From assembly GCF_009914755.1 (NCBI RefSeq), contig NC_060932.1: a stretch of DNA of 64,000 bases. One strand, written 5' to 3'. Shown here in pieces: positions 1 to 15,059 of the stretch (position 1 is its first letter; each line of letters starts with the position of its first letter). The translations under genes and the position numbers were made by a program. The notes beneath the pieces were generated by a model, which saw only the letters and a program-made list of their open reading frames with translations, was not told the origin of the DNA and did not search any database. Source of the stretch: the human T2T-CHM13v2.0 reference genome, Homo sapiens.

Positions 1-2690
1 CTTAATTATGATTGATAACATATATTCAGACATTCAAATTTTAGAAATCCCATACAATTTTGGAAGATATATTAATATTATTAATATAAATATAACCTGA
101 AGAAAATTAAACCTCATTTTTATTTTGGCAATCCCATGTAACTAAACATGTTAAATAATCCTGTTTACATCTCTTTTGGATGCTTCAGGGACCTGCTATA
201 GCATCCAAAAGTTAGAGGGCAGAAAAGACAATTTTTGAAGCTGAAGTTTGATTTTGGGAAGCCTACCAAACAGGTTAAAGGTGTAAAACACTTGATATCA
301 TGAAACAGAATTTTAGATGACCATAAATCATTTATTTTAGCCAAAATAATGATCCAAAAATTTTAAAACAAGGGAAAAACCTTTACTCATTAAGACAGAA
401 GACTTAGCTTTCCAACCAATCTGTCTCTTATCTTCTTTTTTGGTAGTTTATTCACAAGGCAAACAAAAATCTTTCATTATCCTTTATTATTACATGAAAA
501 TCTTGCTCAAGGGAAAGAAAGTGAAATTTCACCCTTGCATTAGTTTGCTATTTATGTCAACCCCAATTTTTTAATGAAACCCTCTAGATAATTCTACCTA
601 ATCTCAACCAGTGTGACCATGAGATTAAATGCTTGTAAACCTTTTATAACCTTTTACACATTTTTGTTAAAGAGCATATCAGTGCCTTAAGAAAACCTTG
701 TTGCACTTTTGTTTCAATGCTCAATTTATGGAAAACCCATATAATGCCTTTTTAATTCTTCTGCAAGCTTAATTTTTACAAACCTTCCAAAACTTGTTTA
801 AACCTTCAGCTTTATTTTATCTGATTTAAAGCAATCCTTTAACCCTCTAAACTAGGCAAAAATTTACATTTCCATGCCTTCTTATAATATTTTACTAAAA
901 ACACATTTTACTTTCCTTACATACCTTGCATGTAAATCTATCTTCAGTAGTCTCAATTACATGTTATAATGTAACTCTTAGCAATTTTTAATTGTAATGT
1001 AAAGCATGGCAAGTTATTTTAATTATGTACTAGGTACAGCTAAGATCTGACTCTTTCCAGCATAGTTAGAGGCATGGTTAACTCCATATGTCCCCAGGCC
1101 TTACCAAACTATAAAGCAGGCAAGTCAAACAATTTTCAAAAGCCTAAGAAGCAATTTATAACCTTAAAGCATTTAGAAAACCTAGTATCTGACCTGCATA
1201 ATTTAGACCACATATTTACATTTTGAAGACATTTGTATAATATTTTGCCAATAGTCTTTAAACCTGTTTTTATGTCTCAGTGATTAAAGTCACATGAACT
1301 AAAAGGCATTACAACTTTTATTTTCCTTCAAAAAATATTTGCTATAAGCACTTATTTTCTTTAAGCCAATTAACTAGAGCTTTTTAAATATAAACATCAC
1401 ACACATAGCACATATATAACTACACAGGCAGAGAGAAGAAGATCCAGTACTTATAGGATTTTTCATATGCCAATCTCCTAATTGGATTACTGGCCTCCAG
1501 GTGGAGCCCTTCAAAAAACAGGGCTAGGAAAGCATGCAGTTTCTAGGGCCTAATAAACAGGCATAGCTGGAAGACAAAAACAGATATTGAGAGGGATCTA
1601 TCCTCTTTTAATTTTGGGATTCCATGAGGAAAACAGGTGTTTTTTTTTTTCTCTCAAAATGGGGTCTGTGGCACATTCTCTGTTTTTCCCAAAGAGTCTC
1701 ATGCTCTCAGAAGTTATCTTAGGCCCTTTCATGCATGCATTAAGAGTGGCAAGGCAAAATGGAAAAAAATAATTCAGTTGACTGAGAAGGGGAAAAAAAA
1801 ATCTTTTTTCAGAAAAACAAGATCCAAGAAAGAAAAACATAAAGGCCTTTTAAATATACCTATAGCTTGGATATCTACTTTTAAATAAGCTGATTTTTAA
1901 TCATAGTAATCTTTACGAAAAATTCTTTTAAATCTCTTATTACCCGACTTTACCCACATCAAGTAGCCAATATTTCTGGCTTTTGAAGTTTACTAAAAGT
2001 AACCTCACAGGTGAAACCAACAAGCCTCAACTAAGGTTATGACTTAACTGTGAGTGTACCAGGTATTTTCAAAAAGGTGGTAAGTAGTTTTTACAAAATC
2101 TAGAATCATTAAAAGTAGCTCAGAGAAAGGAAGATTTAAGAAAGGAAGCTAGAAGTTGTTCACGGAGGGGAAGAGAATCAGCAAATGGTAAAAGTCACAC
2201 AAATATTAACCAGAAAGCACTCATTCCCTAAGTCAGGACTGAACCCAGGTCGCCATTGTAAAATGGCAGAGACTAAAAGAAAGTACTGCCACATAGTTAC
2301 AAGATTAAGCTCCCAAGTACATGAAACAAGAAGCAGACTTGCAGCAAAGTCTGCTACTGACCAGTTTGTCAAGCTAGCTTGAGCACTGAGCTTCTGGGGT
2401 CCTAGGCCCATGTTCTATCCTAAGGTATTCCTCCTTATGACAGAACCATACAGAAAGACACACAAAGCACACCAGACTGGCTACAGCTTAAGACTTGCCT
2501 CATAAATCCTTTTTTCCATTTATCAAAACCTTACAGAGGATATAAAATGTGATTTTTATCATTCATTCTACTGGTTTGCAGAGGGAGAGGAAGGCCAGAA
2601 GTCTGACTGGTAAAAACAACTTTTACCCTTTTGCTGGCATGTCAGGTTTCTGGATTCCCTTCCCCCAAGATATGAAGCCCTACATACCCT
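1..2690 (-). mobile_element. ERV1 MER4-group internal sequence (non-coding remnant, continues left of window)
   Basis: AT-rich sequence resembling MER4/HUERS-type internal consensus (e.g. TTTTACCCTTTTGCTGGCATGTCAGGTTTCTGG near 2620); abuts an ERV1 LTR in the same orientation; no intact ORF. Confidence 0.7.
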
Positions 2691-2694
2691 AGGC

Positions 2695-3472
2695 TCCTTG
2701 CAGGAGGCAGCATGTGAGTAAGCGAGTGCAAGATCCAGCCAGCCACTCTGCTGACACAGGAGCAAGCTCTGTGAGGGGCTTGCAGCCAGAGCAGGCATAT
2801 CATTTCCAGGGGAATGTGGCAGCACCCAGGCAAGGGCGCCCACTACCCTGAAGCCCCAGAGGGGGTGTTAGTATGTTAATTGGCTCCTTTAGTTCTGCCA
2901 TCTACAACCTGATGGATGGCGGCATGTTAGCAGCTCAGTCGGCCCCTGGCCCCATTGTATGGGGTGACTGCCCTCCACTGGTGAGGGCAAAAAGCCAGTG
3001 TGACAGGCTTACTGGGTACCCACACTCAGTGGGTCCCGAGCTCTTGTCCGGTATCCAAGAATGAGGATGCACTGACAACCAAAGAGTGAGCAAGGCGGGG
3101 GGGTTTTATTGAGTGATGAAACAGCTTTCCAGGAAGAAGGGATGCGTGGGTGGTCCCCTTACCCAAAGGCAGAGAAGTCCCCACAATGTGGCTGAGTCGG
3201 GGGCTTTTATGCACTCAGAATAGGGGAGGCATAGGCTGTAGGTGATATTGGAAAAGTCCACATTCAATTGGATAAAAGGTATTATTGAGAAAGAATCAAT
3301 AAGGAAAGGGCAGGTAAACAGGAACAGAAGTTCTCACTCTGGGTTGCGGATTTCATCTGGGACCAGCAGTCTGGTCTTTCAGCCTTCAGGTTGTTTTTTG
3401 GCTTGAAGGTGGGAATTCACTGGGGACCCACCCCTATCTGCCTAGGCATCTGGCTGCCTCCTGCTGCTATCA
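2695..3472 (-). mobile_element. ERV1 LTR, LTR27/LTR28/MER61-like (5' LTR of the above element)
   Basis: Minus strand starts TGATAGCAGCAGGAGGCAGCCAGATGCCTAGGCAGATAGGGG; TATA-like CATAAAA (~3205) and AATAAA (~3104) on minus; related to the LTR at 39581. Confidence 0.85.
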
Positions 3473-4074
3473 AGGACACATGAACATTTTCCTTTCTGAA
3501 AGAACTATTTCAGAAAGGAAATACCACTGTGAGGCATTTTTGCTTTGCTTCGCAAGGTTAATTTCCTGACAGAGAGAGAATGAACTCACCAGGAACCTCC
3601 TAAATGCATAGGTTACATTACAATGCAATTTCACTATGAGCTCTTTTCAGAAAGTCGGCTCAATAGCAGTTGAACTTTTTTTTGTTTTTGTCTTTGTTTT
3701 TTGCCTCAAACATCTCTTTAAAGAAGAAGAAAAAAATTCCAACTCGTTCAAATTGCTTTCCACCTAAAATTTATGACCACAAATCCCTGATCACGTCAGC
3801 AGCCTCCTACCTCCCAGAACATCATGTTTCCCAGGCTCTAGTCACCCATATTGAACATGTGCAGTGACTGGGGCAACCTTCCACTTAGGCCCTTCCCAGC
3901 TGCATGTGATCAAGGTCCTTTCCTGACCTGGGCTACCATCGGGGCTCGTGAGCTCCAGTGTCATCCTCCACATACGGGCTAAGATGTGTGATTACTAGGA
4001 TTTAAACCACAGAGATTAAAGTTTTGATCCTAACAAAGATGCAAACCCACAGGAGCTCTGGCAAGTTGAAGGAA

Positions 4075-4075
4075 T

Positions 4076-4142
<67 letters not shown>
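4075..4142. repeat. Compound microsatellite (TG)13(AG)6(TG)7(AG)8
   Basis: Counted directly. Confidence 0.98.
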
Positions 4143-4143
<1 letters not shown>

Positions 4144-4599
4144 ACTGGCATCCTTGCATATGAAAAAAAGAAAAAGAGATTCCAAAACAAAAGGATACAC
4201 TTCTGCCACTTGAAAATCTCACTTAAAATTAGCCACTCAGTGAGCCTGGAAACCTAGCAGAAAGTTTTTTGTCCCAGCTCCTTGGGAAATCATTGGAGGC
4301 AGGCACTGTCACATGGGAAGCAGGGATTATACATATTCTTTTAATGTGGGAGGAGTGGGCTCAGAGGTGCTGGAGGCGTGTTCATTATTGAAAGAGTAAA
4401 TTTCTTATTGAATGGGACTCCCACTGGCCCTATAGGCTGTGTGTAGTTGAACCATTCACTCGCTAAGGCAAAAAAGTCAAAATGTAGTTGGGAGAGATTA
4501 GCTTAAATCTCATACTGAGCCCCTTAAATGGGGGCTCCATGTGCTCACTCTAGATTCATTTTACTTGCAGAGATCTTCAACTGGGGCAGCAGAAAACAG

Positions 4600-4810
4600 G
4601 TAATAATAAGTAAAGTTTATGTAGGTGTTTAGACATTACATAAATTATCCCAGTTGATTTTCATGCCAGTCCTGCAAGAGAAAGACAAGACTGTTGCTTA
4701 ATTCCTTCTGAGAGAAAACTACTGAGATTCTAAATACCTTGCCCAAGCCAAGAAGTGGTAGGCCCAGATTTCAAAAGTCCTCAATATGTGTTCCGTTTTT
4801 CCCATTATAA
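4600..4810 (-). mobile_element. MIR fragment
   Basis: Degenerate MIR core (GAAAACT...CCTTGCCCAAG...AGTGG...GATTTCAA). Confidence 0.55.
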
Positions 4811-4994
4811 CTTTGACATAGGACAAAGACCACAAATGGAAATCCAACTAAATGGTGGGTCCTGGCTCTGGGTAAAGATAAAACTTTTCAGTCTCTCAGA
4901 TACTGCTGTGGTAATGTAATAAATGATTGCACACAACACCTGATAATTCACTACAGTGTTTTCTTTTCTTCACCTTAAAAAAGATATACTAATT

Positions 4995-6110
<1,116 letters not shown>

Positions 6111-6274
6111 GGAAGTGTGAAAAATAAAAAAATTTAAAGAGTGAGAAATGCATGGCAGCAAGAATTTATTCAATAAGGTGTTAATCTCAGCTCCATAAGC
6201 AATACGAGATAAAAAATGAAAAATTGCCACTTTCTCTCAGGTTATTATGGAAGTGACTCTAGAATGCCAGTGAT

Positions 6275-6510
6275 ATTTGACATTTAATAACTGCTTAAAA
6301 TGTGTTAAGCACTGTGCAAAACTTTTTCTCATATATCAATTCATTTACTTGATTTTTGACAATAAATTTCATTGTCTATAAGAAATCCTTAATGTGAGTA
6401 TTAGCACCCTTGATTTGCAGATGAAGAAATTAAGGCTTGAGGTGTTGCCTAATGTGACCTAGTTAAGACGCAGTAAAGGCAGGATTTGAACCTAGCCCTG
6501 CTTTTCTCAT
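6275..6510 (-). mobile_element. MIR
   Basis: TTTGCAGATGAAGAAATTAAGGC...GGATTTGAACC core. Confidence 0.8.
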
Positions 6511-8374
6511 AGCGTTCTGGCCTCTCCATCAAAGATCTGGGACGCTGGTGTTAGACCTGTTTTCTTCCTTGGCAGGTCAGATAATGATAAAGATGGAAGA
6601 GCACTCACCATCTGGACAACACCCCTTTTGGCTGATATTTCTCTGGAGGTTATCTCTTAAGAGACAGCGCATCTCTTAGGCTGACCTGCTGTTCCTGGTC
6701 TGAGAACAGCCAAAACACAGAGCAGAAAGGTAAATTTAGAGTCTGAAACAGTGTTCACAGGGCCAGCACTTTGAGAATGGCCAAGATTCTGCCCCATCTT
6801 TCCTTCAATCTATTATCTCTCAAAGTAAGAGTCTTTACACTGCTGGGGGGTGTAGCCTCTACTGCTGCTATACAGTCCCAAAACATGGAGCAGGGAAGAC
6901 AAGAATGACAATTTGGTTTCATCTCACATGCTCACTTCAATCAGTTGGTAGAGACTGGTATTGAGTACTCATTTAAGAAAGATTCTGAGAATTATAGATA
7001 ATATGCTCAGCAGATAGAACAGCTGAGACAACTTGGGTAATGAACTCAATTTATTGCCACTGTCTGTGATCACACTAACAGGAGAAAAGCTTGATATACC
7101 TCATTTTATACCTCTTGAAAGGCAGAAAGTATCACACTTTTAAGCAGAACTCAATTTTGCTCCAGTGGTAATGTCATCTTTTGCAGGACAAACTCTCTCA
7201 AATACCTCTTCAAACTTTCTTCACAGGTAGATTTTATCCAAACCAGATCTCTTGTCCCTTGATTATTTTCTTCATCTGTACATGGCTTTGGCTTTTCTTG
7301 TTATAATATGACACATAGGAAGGGGCTCTGTTACCTAGGCAACTAATGTAATGTCTGTCCTGGTCCATCTTTGCTAGGCCTTGCCTGTGCTTGGAGGAGA
7401 CTTTTAAAGCACTCTCGATTCACTCTGCTCTTAAGGCTATAAGATGTGAAAACAGTGAAGGCTCCTTCTCTATTTCATGGGCTGGGGTGACCTCACCACT
7501 CAGGCTGCATTCACCATAACTTCTAGTAGCAGATCTTTATTTTCACCACCTCAATATAAATTTAAAACTTTTACCGGCCTTCATAGTAGACCTGTAAAAG
7601 ATCTACCTCATCGCACTATTAATTGCAATTTTGTAACTTCAATTATCTATTTTAAGGCATATTGATTGTACTTCCTAAATCTGACACAATTCCCTTTTCC
7701 AATGCAGAAGCTTCCTATTTTGATTAATACTTCCAAAAACACCATAATAAAAACTTCCCAGGTTGTAATAAATTAGAATGCCAGATATTGAAGAGACTCT
7801 ACAGATCAATCATTGTTATACCTTCATTTTATGTATGAGAAAACTAAGGGGCAGAATGGTGGGGACCAGGACCTAGGAGAACCTTAGAGCCATAGTTACA
7901 AGGCAGAGAACTAGTTAGTAATCCGTTGTGTGTTATCTTAGCTACTCAGAATATATATTCAATTTCCTCAAGGAGAAGTTTAATCAAAATAACCGAGAAG
8001 CATAATCATGAGTCAAATCCTAAAAGGGTTAGAGTTAATCTAATCAAAGTTCAGGTGTAGATATCCACACTTGCATTCAGAAACCAAAACTAAAGTTACA
8101 AGACTTGAAGCAAGACGTCATGTATTTATTCTCATTTGAGTGAATAACTAGCTAGACTAGACAATCTTCTTGATCTCTCTGGTCTCACCTGTAAAACAGT
8201 AGTACAGTGCTAGATAGTCTTAAAAGTAGTTCCAAGGTATAAATCCAAAGAAAGATTTCATTCAGAATTACATGGGAAATTTTTAAATAATAGAGATATC
8301 CAGGTACCATGCTGGTCTGAATGAGTCATAATTTCCAGATATGGGCCTCAGGTAAAGAAAAGAATCTCTGGTGA

Positions 8375-8571
8375 TTTTTTTTAAATTTTAGATTCAGAGG
8401 GTGCATGTGCAAGTTTGTTACATGAGTATATTGCATGATGCTGAGGTTTGGGCTTCTGATGGTCCTGTCACCCAAGGACTGAACATAGTATCTGGTAGGT
8501 AGTTCTTTAACGTTTGTCCCCCTCTCTTCCTCCCTCTAACTTTTTGGAATGCTCAGTGTTTATTGTTCCCA
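8375..8571 (-). mobile_element. Older L1PA 3' end fragment inside a MER5-like remnant (~8260-8590)
   Basis: T-run then AGATTCAGAGGGTGCATGTGCAAGTTTGTTACATG, typical of an L1PA 3'UTR terminus. Confidence 0.8.
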
Positions 8572-8595
8572 CTCTGATGAATCTTGGATCCCTTG

Positions 8596-8899
8596 TGTAT
8601 TAGTTTGTTCTCACACTGCTAATAAAGACATACTGGCAATCTCACAATCATGGCAGAAGGTGAAGGAGAAGCTAAGGCACATCTGACATGATGACAGGCA
8701 AGAGAAGTGTGTGCAGGGGAACTTCCCTTTATAAAACCATCAGATCTTATGAGAACGCATCACTATCATGAGAATAGCACGAGAAAAACTTGCCCCATGA
8801 TTCAATTACCTCCCACTGGGTCCCTCCTAGGACATGAAGGGATTATGGGAGCTACAATTTAAGATGAGATTTGGGTGGGGACACAGCCAAACCATGTCA
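8596..8899 (-). mobile_element. THE1 (ERVL-MaLR) solo LTR, internally deleted
   Basis: TGTATTAGT...GGGGACACAGCCAAACCATGTCA termini; 5-bp TSD CCTTG/CCATG. Confidence 0.93.
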
Positions 8900-9016
8900 C
8901 CATGTTTTGATCACTGTAAGTACCCCTTAACTGATTACCTCTTATCCCAGCTGCCTTCTCTTTACAACTAGTCCCTAACATTAACTGTCACAAAAATAAT
9001 TTTTTTAATTGAACAC

Positions 9017-9501
9017 TGTAACAAAAGCCTAAATATTCTGTATCCCTGGTAACAAGTAGTCACCAAACAAATTTTATCCCTGTTTAACTAATTAATTACA
9101 GTTCTATAACCATGGTAAAAGTAACCACTAGAACTGGTTTTACACACATTTAGTAACCAACAATTCACTTCCATGGACAAGCTTCCTAAAACCACTAGTC
9201 AGTAATAGCACCTTACTTTGAAAATCATTCAGTTGGGCACAGAAACTTCCAAAATACATCCAATCAACAACAGTCTCATCTGAGAAAGGATGTTTCTTCA
9301 ATTGACTTTAACTTGCTTGATCCTGCTAGAAATCCACCAATCCCTGAACGTCATTCTTCCCAAAACCTTATGTAAGGGCAGAAACCTGCTCTGCTTGGAG
9401 AGACTGTACATGATGAGCATAGTGCTCCCTTACTAAATCAGCAATATATTAAGATTTATCTTTTTGTTTCAGATATTGAGTGGTGCTATCATCTTTTGGC
9501 A
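9017..9501 (+). mobile_element. Ancient ERV1 5' LTR (MER89/MER90/MER110-like)
   Basis: TGTAAC...GGCA termini, followed by a PBS-like 18-mer; resemblance to family recalled, not searched. Confidence 0.7.
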
Positions 9502-9505
9502 AATC

Positions 9506-9523
9506 TGGAGGTACCAGCAAGAT
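9506..9523 (+). promoter_or_regulatory. Retroviral primer-binding site, tRNA-Gln-like
   Basis: TGGAGGTACCAGCAAGAT vs complement of the tRNA-Gln 3' end TGGAGGTTCCACCGAGAT (15/18), 4 nt after the LTR end. Confidence 0.7.
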
Positions 9524-10847
9524 CACTGTAAGCTTTCTATAGGACCTTTGGACCAACAGAAATGCTCTTTGGTTTTCTGGTGCCAAAATTCCATTTGCCC
9601 TTTAATAGTAATTTGACTTATAAATCATCATATTGGGTTCCCAGTGGTGACTTCCCTTTGGTATCCTAGGACTTGTAGCCAACAATATATGTATTATATA
9701 ACACATTTGGGATTTAATTTGGAGAACTCTTGATTAGAAGGTGCACCATTTCACTTTTTTTTTTACCCAATAATGAGCTTATTCTTCACTGATTACTTTG
9801 CATTTTCTTTGGTTTGTCTCTTAATATGATGTTGTATCACCTGTGTGTGCATATGTGTATGTGTTTTGTGAATAGATGGCTATAATTGTTTTGCCCTGGA
9901 CTATCCTGTTTCTGTTGCACCTATAAGCATGTGTTTCATAAAGAACAGATGAAGGCATAGGGTTGATCCGTCTCCTATCCCTCTTGCCCGTTCATGAGAG
10001 AAAGAACATTCCTTTGATTAGTTCACATTCCGAGGTGCACATTTTTATTTTTGATTACACAGTCCATTCCTAGCTTCTGTTAGGTTAGGGAATCCAAAAC
10101 ACATTCATAGTCACATTCTTGACCAACTGTAGTGGCCTTCTTGTTTTTCAAGGGTTTATCTAATAAAAAAAAGGCATAATCTCCTCCTGGCAGAAAAGCT
10201 GCTTCCCTATAAATTCCCATGATGATACTAATTTTTGTGCTTATCTTAGTAAATGGCAAATTTACTTTTAGTTTGAATAACAATAGCTATTATGTGGAAC
10301 TTTTTACATGTCAAAATTTAGAGGAGCTTTAAAAGAATTAAATAACATTTAGCTTTTTCAATTGATATGCTGACCTCAAATAAAATTTCGACTCCAAGAA
10401 AATCACACAAAGATTATCTTTTTCACTGTTGTTCAAATTTTTGAAACCTATCTTTTTTGCATCTCTCCTTATCTATCTTATTTTACTCTCTTATTCCTTT
10501 TGCTCCTCCTTCTGATCTCTTAAATGTGCTTCGTTTTGGGGAGGTTGTTTTCCGGAAAGGAACAATCACATGTCACATAATATCCCCTTTAAAATTCTAA
10601 ATCAGAAGGCAATATAGAAATGTTGCATTTAAGCTCAGATCTAGAAAAATTGAGAGTTATAATTTAAAATTTTCCCTAAACCTCTAGAACATATATAAGA
10701 ACTATCTGGGATACCACACTTTAGGATTTTTTTAGCTAGTTATTTTTCTGGGTAGTCATTTCTGTTCTAATGTGTTCACTAAATTGCTACCCCTTTAGAT
10801 AGAAAAAATTGTTAAAAGTAAGAAGAGAAAGATCAGGAGATAATTTA

Positions 10848-11157
10848 TTTTTTATTTTTGTTTTTTTGAAGACAGAGTTTTGCTCTTGTTGCCTAGGCTG
10901 GAGAGCAATGGCGCGACCTTGGCTCACTGCAACCTCTGCTTCCTGTTCAAGCGATTCTCCTGCCTCAGCCTCCCAAGTAGCTGGGATTGCAGGCATGCAC
11001 CACAACACCTGGCTAATTTTTGTATTTTTTTTTAGTAGAGACGGAGTTTCACCATGTTGATCAGGCTGGATGGTCTTGAACTCCTGACCTCGGGTGATCC
11101 ACCCACCTCAGCCTCCTAAAGTGCTGGGATTACAGGCGTGAGCCACTGCACCCAGCC
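10848..11157 (-). mobile_element. AluS (Sp/Sq-like)
   Basis: Full Alu; TSD AGGAGATAATTTA at 10835 and 11158. Confidence 0.96.
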
Positions 11158-11180
11158 AGGAGATAATTTAAATAGCCTTG

Positions 11181-11289
11181 GCCTGGCCTGTCATCCCGGC
11201 ACTTTGGGAGGCTGAGGTGGGAGGATTGCATGAGCCCAGGAGTTCGAGATCAGCCTGGGCAACACGGCAAAACCCCATCTCTACAAAAT

Positions 11290-11334
<45 letters not shown>

Positions 11335-11502
11335 ATATCAGCTGGGTATGATGGCACGCACCTGTAGTCTAAACTACTCAAAAGGCTGAGATGAAAGGAT
11401 CACTTGAGCCTGGGGAGGTTGAGGCTGCAGTGAGCCGTAATGGTGCCACTGCACTCTGGCCTGGGTGACAGAGTAAGAATCTGTCTTAAATAAATAAATA
11501 AA
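11181..11502 (+). mobile_element. AluJ with (AC)n expansion in the linker and (TAAA)n tail
   Basis: J-type GAGGTTGAGGCTGCAGTGAG; TSD TAAATAGCCTTG at 11169 and 11503. Confidence 0.95.
11293..11331. repeat. (AC)19 microsatellite
   Basis: Seen directly in the Alu middle A-rich linker. Confidence 0.97.
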
Positions 11503-11899
11503 TAAATAGCCTTGATGTGCATATTTTAAGTGGCCCTGAGAAGATCAATTTTTTAAAAGAAAGTATAACACATAAAACCCATTTAAGAAACATTTCTTTT
11601 CTGCAGAAATCAGAATTCTTACCATGGTTTGAACCAAAAAAAAAGGAAGTGGGGAGAGGAGAAGGGTAGGATTGTCCAGCATGCTTGTATGTATATTTCA
11701 GAACCTTTTTTAAATATAAAAGCTGCACATTTCTGAGAAGTTCTGAATTTCTTTTGTTTCCTTTCTTCTTCAAGCATTTTTGCAGTGAGCTTCTTTTATA
11801 TATAGCAAATAATTTGAAAGAATACAAAAATATGTGAATTTCACTAAAAAACATAACTACAGTATAGCATTGGTACAGTATACTATAAGTTTTTGATAA

Positions 11900-12243
<344 letters not shown>

Positions 12244-12821
12244 AAGATCTCCATTTTAAATGCCATTCATACATAACTTGTGGATGAGAGCTATATGCCC
12301 TTACACACTTTTTTAGAGGAATCAATTATTGAATTACTTTAAAAAAAAGAAGCATCTCTCTTAGTAGTAGATCCATAAGAACTTAAAACTATAAGCCAAA
12401 TAATATTGTGAATCCATAGTAGTCTTTGAAAAATAAACTTCATTAAACTCCCAGGCAGTATTTTGGGTAGACAATAGTCTAGGTTAAGGGGGGCTTGCCT
12501 TCTCTTTTCGTAAACAAGGTTTGACCTTAATTAAGGCACTTTATGAGAAAACCAAAAATGAAATGTGTAATTTCTAATTCAGAATATCTTGAAAATGTGA
12601 AAAAAACATTTTCAAAGACTCATAGAAAGTAAACAAGCTAGAAGTCAAAACAAACTTCAATTTAATAATATAATTTACTTTACAAATGGAAATTCCAGAT
12701 AAAATGTACTGTAGAAGAATTATTATTAGAAGTCTCAGAAAACCTTCTAGCTATGATCACATTATACCTTATGTGATCACTAATATTTCTACATTATATA
12801 TTTGAAGAAAAAATTAAATAA

Positions 12822-14460
<1,639 letters not shown>

Positions 14461-14876
14461 ATTGACAAAAGTCTTATCACTCACAGTGTCTATAAAACAA
14501 AAAATAACAAACGATTAAACTTTACAGCAACAGATATTTGTGAATTATACGTGCCTTTGACCTTTACTCTGAAAACCTCTGCAAGCTTGGAAAGGGCTTG
14601 ATCAATATTGTAAATTTGTAACAATTAGAGACTTTGAATTAAGGTTCTTGGAGAACCACTAGAAATAATTGGCCCATGGAAGTCCTGATAGCTAAGATCT
14701 GACAGCCAAGATCATTGAAACAAACTGAGGACTGTGTGTGAAATAAACAGCTTGCAACTAAACCAACATTTTAAAAAAAGATCCTCCTAGATGTTTGAAA
14801 TCACCAATTGTCACACTCTACATACTTTTTGTCCGTTATGCTTTTGATCATATGTCTCCTAGTCACTAGCTTTAGG

Positions 14877-15040
14877 TTTTCGTTTGTTTATTTATTTGTT
14901 TGAGACGGGTCTTGCTTTGTCACCCAGGCTGGGGAGCAGTGGCATAAACACAAACGTGGCCCACTGCAGCCTCGACCTCCCGGGCTCAAGTGATCCTCCT
15001 GCCTGCCCAGTAGCTGGGACCAGAGGCACTTGCCACCACA
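14877..15040 (-). mobile_element. AluJ right arm only (or FRAM)
   Basis: Tail plus right-monomer sequence ending abruptly at GCCACCACA. Confidence 0.88.
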
Positions 15041-15059
15041 AGGTGCAAAAGCAACTCAC

